DNA from: Nanoarchaeota archaeon SCGC AAA011-D5
GTDB taxonomy: Archaea > Nanobdellota > Nanobdellia > Pacearchaeales > GW2011-AR1
Direction of reading: 5' to 3'
DNA length: 64,000 nt
NCBI GenBank assembly: GCA_000405225.1
Contig: ASMP01000002.1
Coordinates: 1,494 to 65,493 of the forward strand
The position numbers were made by a program, and so were the translations under genes. The notes under the pieces were generated by a model. The model was not told the DNA's origin, made no database searches, and saw nothing but the letters and a program-made list of their open reading frames with translations. Below, one piece after another: positions 9,623 to 19,296 of this stretch (positions are counted from its first letter, which is position 1; the number at the start of each line of letters is the position of its first letter).

Positions 9623-10225
9623 ATGGAACCATTAAAATTCAAGATTTTTGATTTGTACGAAACAGAAAACATTGATGTTGAAGATCAGGGTCTGAAAAAT
9701 GTGATAAACCTTAAGTCAAGGCTGATTTTGAAAAGCCACGGAAGAAATTTTCAGAAATTCGGGCAGACAAAAATAAATCTTGTTGAAAGGCTCATAAACA
9801 GGATTGGAGTTGCAGGACACAGGGGGAAAAAGCATAAAATAATCTTAGGGACCTCTACAGGAAAATATTCAAGAAACGCGGGGATTGTTTTGGAGGCACT
9901 CGGTCTTATAGAGAAAAAAACAGGAAAAAATCCCGTAATAGCTTTTGTGAAGGCTGTTGAAAAATCGGCTCCAAGAGACGAGGTAACTGCAATTGAATAT
10001 GGCGGAGCAAGATATCCCCAGTCGGTCGATGTCTCTCCTATGAGACGTGTGAACCTTGCCATAAGAAATCTGGTGCATGGAGCTTCTGACAAGGCATTCA
10101 ACAAAAAGAAAAGCATTTCACAGGCCCTCGCAGAAGAAATAATTCTTGCCTCTGAAGGAAACGGTGAGAGCTTTGCAATAAGAAAAAAGATAGAATCCGA
10201 AAAGCAAGCTGACAGCGCGAGATAA
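9623..10225 (+). CDS. rps7: 30S ribosomal protein uS7 (S7P)
   Basis: SAPRDEVTAIEYGGARYPQSVDVSPMRRVNLAIRNL is a typical uS7 core. Follows rps12. Confidence 0.9.
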   Translation: MEPLKFKIFDLYETENIDVEDQGLKNVINLKSRLILKSHGRNFQKFGQTKINLVERLINRIGVAGHRGKKHKIILGTSTGKYSRNAGIVLEALGLIEKKTGKNPVIAFVKAVEKSAPRDEVTAIEYGGARYPQSVDVSPMRRVNLAIRNLVHGASDKAFNKKKSISQALAEEIILASEGNGESFAIRKKIESEKQADSAR

Positions 10226-10279
10226 ACTTCGCCCAAGCGTGGTCAAAGTAGAGAAACAGGCTGATTCCGCAAGATAAAT

Positions 10280-10558
10280 CTATTCTTTGACAGTTAATTG
10301 CTCTAATGTTTCCTGGTATGCCATTAAAACAGGATTTTTATCGTGAGGCTCAACAAAAATTAATGTTCCTGTGGAATATAAGAATGCAACAAATCTTGGT
10401 GTTGTTCCATCTTCCATCATAGGATAACCATCTCTCATTTCGCTGGGAAGAACATGATAAAGTGCTTTGCTAATGACTGATTCATTTAAGGAAAATCCTA
10501 ACTCATTCAGTTTTCTGATGGCCTTATTTAAATTTCCAAACTTGTGCTCTATTATCAT
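10280..10558 (-). CDS. hypothetical protein (92 aa), opposite strand between rps7 and EF-2
   Basis: ORF track only. No motif. Confidence 0.4.
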   Translation of the reverse strand: MIIEHKFGNLNKAIRKLNELGFSLNESVISKALYHVLPSEMRDGYPMMEDGTTPRFVAFLYSTGTLIFVEPHDKNPVLMAYQETLEQLTVKE

Positions 10559-10702
10559 GTCAATTTCTCTTGTTTCAGCCTTTAAATTATTTTCTGTCTT
10601 TCATCTTTCCTGCATCTCTGTATTTCCGCATTTGCACAAGAAACTTTATAAACAATTTTTTTCTTCATTAACTATTATCTTGTCTTCAAAGAAATTTTCA
10701 AA

Positions 10703-12892
10703 ATGGCGGAAAAGGAAACACAGTTCGAAAAGATAAAAAGACTGAGCAAAAACCAGAAGCATGTAAGAAACATTGCAACTAGTGCACACATTCACCACGG
10801 AAAAACAGCCCTCACAGACAACCTTCTGGCTGCATCAGGTCACATGGCTGCAAAGTCTGCAGGAAGCCTTGAGAAAGGAATGGCAACATGGCAGCACGCC
10901 GATGAGCAGGAAAGGCTGATGACAGTCGATGCCGCAAATGTTTCCATGGTTCACAATTTCCATGGCCAGGAATATCTGATTAATTTAATTGATACTCCTG
11001 GACACGTCGATTTTTCGGGGAATGTTACGAGGGCCATGAGAGCCATTGATGGGACTGTTGTTCTCGTGGATGCTGTTGAGGGAATAATGCCGCAAACAGA
11101 AACAGTGATAAAACAGGCATTGAGGGAAAGAGTCAGGCCTGTCTTGTTCATAAATAAAGTTGACAGGCTGTTCAAAGAATTAAAACTAACGCCAGAGCAA
11201 ATGCAGGAGAGATTCATAAAGATTTTTCATGAGTTCAACGATTTAATAAAAAAAATTGCAGAGGAGGAATACAAGGAAAAATGGTTTGTAGACATAAAAG
11301 ACGGAAGCGTTGCGTTTGGCTCAGCAAGGGAGAATTGGGCGCTTTCTGTGCCTTTCATGGAGAAAAAAGGAATTAAATTCAAGGACATAGCCAAGCTCTA
11401 CGAGATGAGCGAGGAGGAAAAAAAGGCATGGGTATGGAAAAATGCCCCGCTTTATGAAATTCTTCTTGACATGGTTGTAAAGCATCTTCCAAATCCGATT
11501 GAGGCCCAAAAATACAGGATTCCGAAAATCTGGCACGGAGAGCTGGATTCTGACTTAGGAAAAAGCCTGTTGCATTGCGATCCTGATGGAAAAGTTGCTT
11601 TCGTGATTACAAGAATTGTCATTGATCCGAGAAGCGGGAAAGAGATTTCAGCAGGAAGATTATTCTCTGGAACATTGAAGACAGGGATGGAAGTTTACCT
11701 CAATCTCGCAAAGAAAAAACAGAAGATACAGCAGCTCTTCGTTTACAACGGAGTAAAACCTGAGCAGATAGAAGAAATCGGGGCAGGAAATGTCATTGCG
11801 ATATCTGGCGTGACAGGAGAGGCAGGAGAAACCATAACCCTTGCTCCTGAAACAGCATTCGAGGAATTAAAGCATATATTCGAGCCTGTCATAACAAAAG
11901 CGATTGAAGTAAAAAAGACCGCAGACTTGCCGAAACTTGTTGAGATACTGAAGAAAGTCGCCAAGGAAGACCCTTCGATAAAGATAGAGATTAACGAGCA
12001 GACAGGAGAGAGTTTAATGAGCGGTATGGGTGAGCTTCATCTCGAAATCATTGAAAACAGGATAAAAACGGAAAAGGGGCTCGATGTCAAGACCTCTGAA
12101 CCGATAATAGTTTACAGGGAGACTGTGGGAAAAGAATCCCCTTCTGTAGAGGGAAGAAGTCCTAATAAGCACAATAGCTTCTACATAAAAGTCGATTCCC
12201 TTGAAGACAACGTTTACGCGGCAATAAAATCAGGGGAACTGCGCGAAGGAAGAGTAAAGAAAAAGAGCGACGAACTTTTCAATGTTCTTTCAAAACTCGG
12301 CTGGTCTGGGGATTCGGTAAGGGATGTCAGGGATATTTACAAGGGAAATGTCTTCATGGACGAAACTCGTGGTGAAGTGCATATAGGGGAAGTTCTCGAG
12401 ATGGTCTTGGATGCTTTCGAAATGGTGATAGACCGGGGACCAATGGCAAGAGAGCCATGCATGAAAATGAAAGTTTCTCTCACAGACATAAGACTTCACG
12501 AAGATGCGATTCATCGTGGCCCTGCACAAGTTTATCCTGCTGTCAGGGAAGCTATAACAGAAGCCATGAAAAAGGCAAATTCCTATCTTCTGGAACCGCT
12601 GCAGACTTATCTTTTTGAAATGCCTGACAAATTCCTCAGCGCTGTTACAAAACTCGTCGGCAGCAAGCGTGGGCAGCTTCTTGAAGTAAAGCATATAGAA
12701 GGGCATGCAGATATGAAAACTAAGCTTCCTGTAGCAGAGATGATTGGATGGTCTTCGGATTTGCGAAGCGCGACAGAAGGAAGGGGTTCAAGCTCGCTTC
12801 TTGACCAGAGCTTCGAGAGGGTTCCAGCAAGCCTTCAGAAAGATGTCATAAGAGAAATAAGAAAAAGGAAGGGATTGGCGGAAAACCAATAA
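10703..12892 (+). CDS. fusA: translation elongation factor aEF-2
   Basis: G motifs AHIHHGKT, DTPGHVDF, NKVDR. Diphthamide-loop HEDAIHRGPAQ. 729 aa. Confidence 0.96.
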   Translation: MAEKETQFEKIKRLSKNQKHVRNIATSAHIHHGKTALTDNLLAASGHMAAKSAGSLEKGMATWQHADEQERLMTVDAANVSMVHNFHGQEYLINLIDTPGHVDFSGNVTRAMRAIDGTVVLVDAVEGIMPQTETVIKQALRERVRPVLFINKVDRLFKELKLTPEQMQERFIKIFHEFNDLIKKIAEEEYKEKWFVDIKDGSVAFGSARENWALSVPFMEKKGIKFKDIAKLYEMSEEEKKAWVWKNAPLYEILLDMVVKHLPNPIEAQKYRIPKIWHGELDSDLGKSLLHCDPDGKVAFVITRIVIDPRSGKEISAGRLFSGTLKTGMEVYLNLAKKKQKIQQLFVYNGVKPEQIEEIGAGNVIAISGVTGEAGETITLAPETAFEELKHIFEPVITKAIEVKKTADLPKLVEILKKVAKEDPSIKIEINEQTGESLMSGMGELHLEIIENRIKTEKGLDVKTSEPIIVYRETVGKESPSVEGRSPNKHNSFYIKVDSLEDNVYAAIKSGELREGRVKKKSDELFNVLSKLGWSGDSVRDVRDIYKGNVFMDETRGEVHIGEVLEMVLDAFEMVIDRGPMAREPCMKMKVSLTDIRLHEDAIHRGPAQVYPAVREAITEAMKKANSYLLEPLQTYLFEMPDKFLSAVTKLVGSKRGQLLEVKHIEGHADMKTKLPVAEMIGWSSDLRSATEGRGSSSLLDQSFERVPASLQKDVIREIRKRKGLAENQ

Positions 12893-12928
12893 TTTTTGAA
12901 CATAAATTTTTAAAAAGAATTAAACTGT

Positions 12929-13432
12929 ATGAAATATATGAGATTTAGCATTGATAACAGATTTTCAAATGTCTCGCTTGGACAGTTCAGAAAAACTGCA
13001 CATAATTTAGACTCTTCTTTGAAGATAATCAGGCCTAAAATAGAAAGCGGATTATTATTGACTACTAATTGGGAGGATTATAATGGTTTTGGAAGCCTTA
13101 CAGTCTTAACTCCAGAAGTTGAAGAAGCATTAGCAAGAAGAGAAAAATTTCAATTAGTTGATTTGAATGGGAGTTTATGGACAGGGTCATTTAAAATCGA
13201 GATGTTTATTAGAGATAATTCTTCAAGTGAACCCTATATGATTTGCTTAAGTAATGAAGTTAGGGAGCCAAAAAGATTATTTTTTTATGGTCAATGCCTT
13301 GATGAACAATCCGAAAAAGTCTTTGAAAGTTTCAGAAGAGGTAGTTTGCTTCAAAGAGTGGGGGATGGTTATCATCATGAAACTTCTGGGTTTGCTTTGA
13401 GCCACGCTTTAGCAAGTTTAAAATCTCTTTAG
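12929..13432 (+). CDS. hypothetical protein (167 aa) between EF-2 and EF-1alpha
   Basis: ORF track only. No motif. Confidence 0.45.
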   Translation: MKYMRFSIDNRFSNVSLGQFRKTAHNLDSSLKIIRPKIESGLLLTTNWEDYNGFGSLTVLTPEVEEALARREKFQLVDLNGSLWTGSFKIEMFIRDNSSSEPYMICLSNEVREPKRLFFYGQCLDEQSEKVFESFRRGSLLQRVGDGYHHETSGFALSHALASLKSL

Positions 13433-13510
13433 ATAAATAATTGTTATCTTATAAACATCAACAATCTATTTAGCCTACTTAAATTATAATTTCTCTGAAG
13501 CTTGTAATAG

Positions 13511-13648
13511 TTTTCTTGCGTGTATCTTGGAATGCATTATCTCAACGACGTTGTTGCCGGCTTTATCCTGGGTTATTTTATTGGTGATTCAGGCATTTTT
13601 CTCGCTGAAAAACTCAAAAGATGGCTAAAGTTGCCGAAAGATTTTTAA
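13511..13648 (+). pseudogene. C-terminal remnant of a PAP2-family (acid phosphatase / undecaprenyl-diphosphatase-like) gene
   Basis: Hand translation gives FSCVYLGMHYLNDVVAGFILGYFIGDSGIFLAEKLKRWLKLPKDF*. It matches the PAP2 C3 motif SRxxxxxHxxxD (consensus SRVYLGVHYPSDV..G) with R replaced by C. An in-frame TAG lies immediately upstream (13508-13510), and the C1/C2 motifs and the N-terminal ~150 aa are missing. Confidence 0.45.
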
Positions 13649-13704
13649 AGCTAAATTTTCATTAATCTCTATTAAAGATTCTTCATAGAATTTTTACAAC
13701 AAGA

Positions 13705-14988
13705 ATGGCTAAAGAAAAACCAAATATGAACGTCATCTTCGTCGGGCACGTCGATGCAGGAAAATCGACAATAGTCGGAAGAATGCTTTTCGATACAGGT
13801 GCTGTTACAGAGCAGGAAATGACAAAGCTGAGGCAGGAAGCTGAAAAACACGGAAAAATTGGTTTCGAGTTTGCTTATGTCATGGACAGGATAAAAGAAG
13901 AAAGGGAGCGTGGTGTGACAATAGATCTTGCTTACAGGAAGATAATGACTCAAAAATATCAGATAACAATCATTGATGCGCCAGGGCACAGGGACTTTGT
14001 CAAGAACATGATAACAGGGGCTTCGCAGGCAGACTGCGCTTTCCTCGTAATTGCAGCCCCTGCGGGAGTTCAGCCCCAGACCACAGAGCACTTATGGCTC
14101 TTAAGGACAATGGGTGTTAAAAGCATTGCAGTAGCCATAAACAAGATGGATGCTGTTGGTTACAAAGAAGAAAAATTCAACGAAGTCAAAGGAGAAGTCG
14201 GAAAGCTTTTACAGGGAGTTGGAATAAACCCTGAAACAACTCCATTCATCGCATGCTCTGGCTTGAAAGGCGATAATGTTGCAAAGAAATCCTCAAACAT
14301 GGCTTGGTACAAGGGACCTACTGTTCTTGAGCAGTTTGACCAGTTCCCTCCATCTAAACTTCCTACAGACCTACCTATGAGAATGCCTGTACAGGATGTT
14401 TATGAAATCACAGGTATAGGAACAGTTCCTGTGGGAAAAATAGAAACAGGAATAATGAAAGTCGGACAAAAAGTAGTAGTATTGCCTGGAAGAACTGGAA
14501 AAGGAGTTGAAGGAGAAGTTAAGACAATAGAGATGCATCATGAATCTATTCCTGAGGGTATCGCAGGAGACAATGTAGGAATCAGCATAAGGGGTGTTGG
14601 AAAAAAAGACCTTGCAAGGGGAGATGTAATTTGTGATGCTGCAAGGCCATCAAATGTTGTTGAAGAATTTATAGCAACAATCACAGTCATAAATCATCAG
14701 ACGGTTCTGGCAAAAGGTTATACTCCTGTTTTCCATGTTCACACAGCACAGGTTCCTTGCCAGTTTATCGAGTTGATTGAACAGATTGACCCAAGATCTG
14801 GGGAAATAATAAAAAAAAGTCCAGACTTCCTAAAAAATGGGGATAGTGCAAAGGTTAGGATAAAGCCCCAGGGAAATCTCTGCCTGGAAACCCAGAAAGA
14901 AAATCCATACATGAGCCGTTTCGCTGTGAGGGACGCAGGCTCAACTGTAGCAGCAGGAATCTGCACTGAGATTGTGAAGAAGAAATAA
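13705..14988 (+). CDS. tuf: translation elongation factor aEF-1alpha
   Basis: GHVDAGKST, DAPGHRDF and NKMD motifs. 427 aa. Confidence 0.96.
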   Translation: MAKEKPNMNVIFVGHVDAGKSTIVGRMLFDTGAVTEQEMTKLRQEAEKHGKIGFEFAYVMDRIKEERERGVTIDLAYRKIMTQKYQITIIDAPGHRDFVKNMITGASQADCAFLVIAAPAGVQPQTTEHLWLLRTMGVKSIAVAINKMDAVGYKEEKFNEVKGEVGKLLQGVGINPETTPFIACSGLKGDNVAKKSSNMAWYKGPTVLEQFDQFPPSKLPTDLPMRMPVQDVYEITGIGTVPVGKIETGIMKVGQKVVVLPGRTGKGVEGEVKTIEMHHESIPEGIAGDNVGISIRGVGKKDLARGDVICDAARPSNVVEEFIATITVINHQTVLAKGYTPVFHVHTAQVPCQFIELIEQIDPRSGEIIKKSPDFLKNGDSAKVRIKPQGNLCLETQKENPYMSRFAVRDAGSTVAAGICTEIVKKK

Positions 14989-14992
14989 TTCT

Positions 14993-15367
14993 CTACAAAG
15001 TTAACTCTTTGCAGAGTGATTCTAATCCTGAAGAATTCTCATGAAATAAGATTATTTGTTTTTGGATAATATCCTTGCCATCGCCTGATAGTGCTTGGTA
15101 ATTATCTACTAAGCAGGCGACGCCTCCTTTAATTAGATAGACTCTAACATCATAGCCAGATTTTACATATCCAATTTCACAGGGGGATTCCCGTACTGAA
15201 TTTTGACTAATCGGATATGGCAGTTCATCATTTTTATGGCGAGCTCTTAGCCTTTCAGCTATTTTATCAAATAGTTCATCATCTAATTTAGTAGAATCTT
15301 GGGGGATATTTTCTGGAACTCTATCACTGTTAAATAGGTTTCTCCTTACAAAAGTGCGTTGGAGCAT
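14993..15367 (-). CDS. hypothetical protein (124 aa), convergent with tuf at the position usually held by rps10
   Basis: ORF track only. No motif. Confidence 0.45.
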   Translation of the reverse strand: MLQRTFVRRNLFNSDRVPENIPQDSTKLDDELFDKIAERLRARHKNDELPYPISQNSVRESPCEIGYVKSGYDVRVYLIKGGVACLVDNYQALSGDGKDIIQKQIILFHENSSGLESLCKELTL

Positions 15368-15508
15368 TTTATTATGTTTGGAAATATCTATTTAAAGTTA
15401 ATTTTAGTCTAATATAATCATTATTCTGTTCAGATAAATTAGTAATGTAACATATTTATTCCAAAATCCCACAACAATTCTTAAATACTCAAATAGATTA
15501 TTCTTTGT

Positions 15509-16084
15509 ATGCTAAGAGATACATTAAAGCCAGGGATGACAAAATCAGAGATTGAGCAGTTTCTTCAGGGCAAAGGGGATTATGTTCAAATAGATCACCT
15601 TGGCAGATTTCTGAAAGAGCCCATGGCCCTTGAGACGAAGAAGTTCGTTTTTCTGAAACTCGCTGGTCTTTACGAAAAAGCCAAGATGTTCGATGAGGCT
15701 GCTAAAATGTATGACAATGCTGCAGGACTTTCAATAGCCTTTGTGGAAAAAATAAAACATTACATGAAAGAGACAGAGTTCTATGCAAAACTCGGTGCTT
15801 TCGACAGGGTGGAGCAGGCCATGAAAAAAGCAATGACCCAGGCAAATTTCAGGGAGCAGGAAGAAATAAGAATCTCGGTAAAAATGTTTTACAAAGAGCA
15901 GGCAAAGGTTTGCGAGGCAGAATTAAGGAGAAACCAGGCAACAAGATTCTATGAAAAAATTTTGGAGATGAGAATTTCTGAGCAGGAAAGAGCGGAAATT
16001 GGGGGGAAGCTGCTCGAGCTATACAAAAGTCTTGGAAAAATCCACGAATACAGAGCTTTGGAGAAAAGTATACAAAAACTTTAA
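15509..16084 (+). CDS. hypothetical all-helical (TPR-like) protein
   Basis: 191 aa. Repeated amphipathic helices (..LAGLYEKAKMFDEAAKMYDNAA..). Architecture guess only. Confidence 0.45.
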   Translation: MLRDTLKPGMTKSEIEQFLQGKGDYVQIDHLGRFLKEPMALETKKFVFLKLAGLYEKAKMFDEAAKMYDNAAGLSIAFVEKIKHYMKETEFYAKLGAFDRVEQAMKKAMTQANFREQEEIRISVKMFYKEQAKVCEAELRRNQATRFYEKILEMRISEQERAEIGGKLLELYKSLGKIHEYRALEKSIQKL

Positions 16085-16113
16085 AACAATCTACCAAAAA
16101 ATAAGATATTCTT

Positions 16114-16917
16114 CTATTTTTTTAGTTTAGTTCTATTTTCCATGATAAATTTCCTAAGATCATAAAAGTTTGCTTGTTTGATTCCAAAGATAGATAATAG
16201 TTCTAAAGGACGCCTAAACCTATCAGGAGATATATTGAATTCCTCATAAATTTCTTTTTCTTTTTCTAAACTATAGCCTGGAATCTTTCTTAAGATTGGA
16301 AGAATTTTTTCTATTGACATGTTATTATCCATCCACACTCCTGGACACCACGTCTTTTTCTGAATGGAACTGAGTATACTTTCGGCATTGCTCTTTCTTG
16401 TGTAAGGTTCCTGAAAACGTCTAAGAAGACTTTCATCACAGCCTTGCCAGTACAGATCACTTGTTATTTCATCATTTCTATAAGCTTTTTCAAATCCCGA
16501 TAATCCTACTAAAAACGCTTTTGCTAATCCTTCTTTAGATATTGGCTTTCCGTATCTTAATGAAAATCTCATTGATGAGGGGTTATATGCATAATATGGG
16601 TCTACTCCTGAGAGACTAGAGGGACCTTTTGGATAAACAATCCGTTCTTGATCTATTTCTTCCATGAATTCGTCTATATGAAGAGCATTGAATTTTTTTG
16701 GTACCTGTGTAGCAGTTTGCACATCAAATCCAAAGCTTTCTTCATCAATAGGGAATGGATACTTATAATCTTCATAAGAATGTATTCTATGTGTATGTGC
16801 TAATCTTCCCACAACTTCGAGAGGAGTTTCTAAACAGTATCCAATATTTTCACTTATTGAATGTCCAGATCTGTTATAATCTAAAACCATTCCTTCTATT
16901 TTTATCTCGCTTGGCAT
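16114..16917 (-). CDS. hypothetical protein (267 aa)
   Basis: Long ORF. No recognisable motif. Confidence 0.5.
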   Translation of the reverse strand: MPSEIKIEGMVLDYNRSGHSISENIGYCLETPLEVVGRLAHTHRIHSYEDYKYPFPIDEESFGFDVQTATQVPKKFNALHIDEFMEEIDQERIVYPKGPSSLSGVDPYYAYNPSSMRFSLRYGKPISKEGLAKAFLVGLSGFEKAYRNDEITSDLYWQGCDESLLRRFQEPYTRKSNAESILSSIQKKTWCPGVWMDNNMSIEKILPILRKIPGYSLEKEKEIYEEFNISPDRFRRPLELLSIFGIKQANFYDLRKFIMENRTKLKK

Positions 16918-17017
16918 TTTGTTATTCCTGTAGTGATTACTACTTCAAAATAAGAACATTTCGATTATATAAATAATTGTTGTTCTAAATGGTCGACAGA
17001 TTTATATAGCAAGATAT

Positions 17018-17770
17018 GTGGGTATTAGCATGACGGCACATCCTGTAGAAAGATTAAAAGAATACGGGCTTTCGCAAAACGAAGCGATAATTTATATAGC
17101 TTTACTTAAAACAGGGGAAGCATCAGCACAGAAAATCGCAAAAAATGCCAAATTACCCCGTACAACTTCTTACCATCTGCTTGACAGTCTTTCGCAAAGG
17201 GGATTGGTGAGCTATGTAATAAAAGGTAAGGTCAAGTATTTTCAGGCAGCTTCGCCTAAAAGATTAACTGAAATTCTTGAAGAAAAGAAGAGAATGATAC
17301 AGGAATTTATTCCTGAATTGATGGGCATTGCGGAAACTATAAAAGAAAAGCCACGAGTTGTGGTATTTGAAGGATTAAATGGTATTAAAACAATCTTACA
17401 AGACGTTTTGCAAGAAAAGCGCGAGATCCTGCATTATGGAGATATAATTTCACTACAAAATGCTCTCCCTTTTATTTTTCCACAATTCATAAAAAGGCGT
17501 GTTGAAAAGAAAATTCCCATAAGAATCATTTGTAAGAGAGAGGATGCCCATAAAGAACTCCTTAGAACTGCAAAGAAAGAGTACAGACAATTTATATTTA
17601 TACCAAAAAATTACATTTTTAAGTCGAGCATATTCATTTATTCTGATAAGGTTGCCATATTGAGTTTGCAAAGCGAACCCTATTATGGGATTATTATAGA
17701 AGACAAAGATTATTATGAAACACAGAGAAATATTTTTGGAATGTTAAAGGATGCTTATGCACGGTATTAA
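17018..17770 (+). CDS. TrmB-family transcriptional regulator
   Basis: N-terminal wHTH LKEYGLSQNEAIIYIALLKTGEASAQKIAKNAKLPRTTSYHLLDSLSQRGLV. Track start is GTG; the first ATG is at 17030. Confidence 0.75.
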   Translation: MGISMTAHPVERLKEYGLSQNEAIIYIALLKTGEASAQKIAKNAKLPRTTSYHLLDSLSQRGLVSYVIKGKVKYFQAASPKRLTEILEEKKRMIQEFIPELMGIAETIKEKPRVVVFEGLNGIKTILQDVLQEKREILHYGDIISLQNALPFIFPQFIKRRVEKKIPIRIICKREDAHKELLRTAKKEYRQFIFIPKNYIFKSSIFIYSDKVAILSLQSEPYYGIIIEDKDYYETQRNIFGMLKDAYARY

Positions 17771-17955
17771 GAGCCTATATGCCCAGAAAGCCTTAAAAAC
17801 TCAAGATATCTTAAAAAAAGGTAGAAAGATATTGGGAGATAATTGTCAAAGATTATCACAATCACATTCAATTTTATTCGTTAGCATTATTGCTTAAAGA
17901 AAGAAAGCAGAAGCACAAATGTCTTCTGGATATTTTTCTATATAATTAAATAAAT

Positions 17956-19134
17956 TTGGACACAATCCAAAAGGAAAACAAAATGGCAAAAATAAGCCCT
18001 GTATCAATCAAGTATATGATACATGCGACTTTCCGTGTTGAAGGCGCTTTGGAAAAGCCAGACGTAATCGGAGCCATCTTCGGGCAGACAGAAGGCCTGC
18101 TTGGAAGCGAACTCGAAATGAGGGAGCTGCAGAAAGAGGGAAAAATTGGAAGGATTGAAGTTGAACTCGAAAGAAAAGACAAGATAACCACGGGAATGAT
18201 AAATATTCCCACAGCCCTTGATCAGTCAGAGACAACGCTAATCGCTGCAGCTGTAGAGACCATAGAAAAAATAGGTCCCTGCGACGCCCAGATTGAAGTT
18301 GAAAGGATAGAGGATGTGCGCGGAAGCAAGAGAGATTACATAATCGGGCGTGCAAAGAAGCTTATGTCTGAGCTGAAGGGAACAACCGATTCCAGAGAAA
18401 TTTCAAAGGAGATAAAGGAGTCTGCAAGAACTGCCAATGTTAAAGAGTATGGAGAGGAAAAACTTACTCACGGAGATATTTCCGGCAGTGAGATTATCGT
18501 TGTAGAAGGAAGGGCAGATGTCCTGAATTTAATGAGGGCAGGAGTAAGCAATGTAATCGCTATGAACGGTACAAAGCTTCCTGAAAGCATAAAGACCCTT
18601 TCTGAAGAAAAGGAAGTCACTTTGTTCATAGATGGGGACAGGGGCGGAAAGCTTATAGCTAAAAACGTCACAGACAATGCCAGAATAAAGTATATTGCCG
18701 TTGCCCCTGACGGAAAAGAAGTAGAAGAGCTAACAGGCAAAGAAGTCCTTATTTGCCTGAGAAAAAAAGTTCCTGCAAGAGAATTCTTGTCCAGGGACAG
18801 ATTTTCAGAAAGAGCTTCTGAATCAAGAACCGGAAGCTCTTCCTTTTCTTTTTTAAATGAAAACACAAAAAAAAGAATAAGAGAAATAGCAAACGAAAAC
18901 CAAGGCGAAGGAAAAGCCATACTTCTTGACTCTGATTTAAAGGAAATAGAGATATTTCCTGTAAAAAGCCTTTCTGCTGGCTTAAGAAAAACAAAAGAAA
19001 AACCTTACGCAGTAATTTTTGACGGCACTGCAAACCAAAATACAATAGATGACATAAAAGACTCTGGTGCAAAGATTCTGGTGGCAAAAAACTTCACCGC
19101 TACCGATACAGAGATTGAGTTAATGGGTTTTTAA
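17956..19134 (+). CDS. dnaG: archaeal DnaG primase-like protein (TOPRIM)
   Basis: Conserved archaeal DnaG N-terminus KYMIHATFRVEGALEKPDVIGAIFGQTEGLLG. TOPRIM motifs VVEGRADVLNL and DGDRGG. Confidence 0.87.
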   Translation: MDTIQKENKMAKISPVSIKYMIHATFRVEGALEKPDVIGAIFGQTEGLLGSELEMRELQKEGKIGRIEVELERKDKITTGMINIPTALDQSETTLIAAAVETIEKIGPCDAQIEVERIEDVRGSKRDYIIGRAKKLMSELKGTTDSREISKEIKESARTANVKEYGEEKLTHGDISGSEIIVVEGRADVLNLMRAGVSNVIAMNGTKLPESIKTLSEEKEVTLFIDGDRGGKLIAKNVTDNARIKYIAVAPDGKEVEELTGKEVLICLRKKVPAREFLSRDRFSERASESRTGSSSFSFLNENTKKRIREIANENQGEGKAILLDSDLKEIEIFPVKSLSAGLRKTKEKPYAVIFDGTANQNTIDDIKDSGAKILVAKNFTATDTEIELMGF

Positions 19135-19296
19135 TCAGGCATTTCTAAAAGTAAGTCTTCCAAGATTAACTCCCTGTAACTCACAGCGAGTACTATAGTA
19201 ACTCTATAATTACGACAACACCATAAAGTTTATAAATGAAATCCAAGTCAACTATTTCACAGGAAACTTCGTTTCCGGAGACAAAAAATAAATAAA

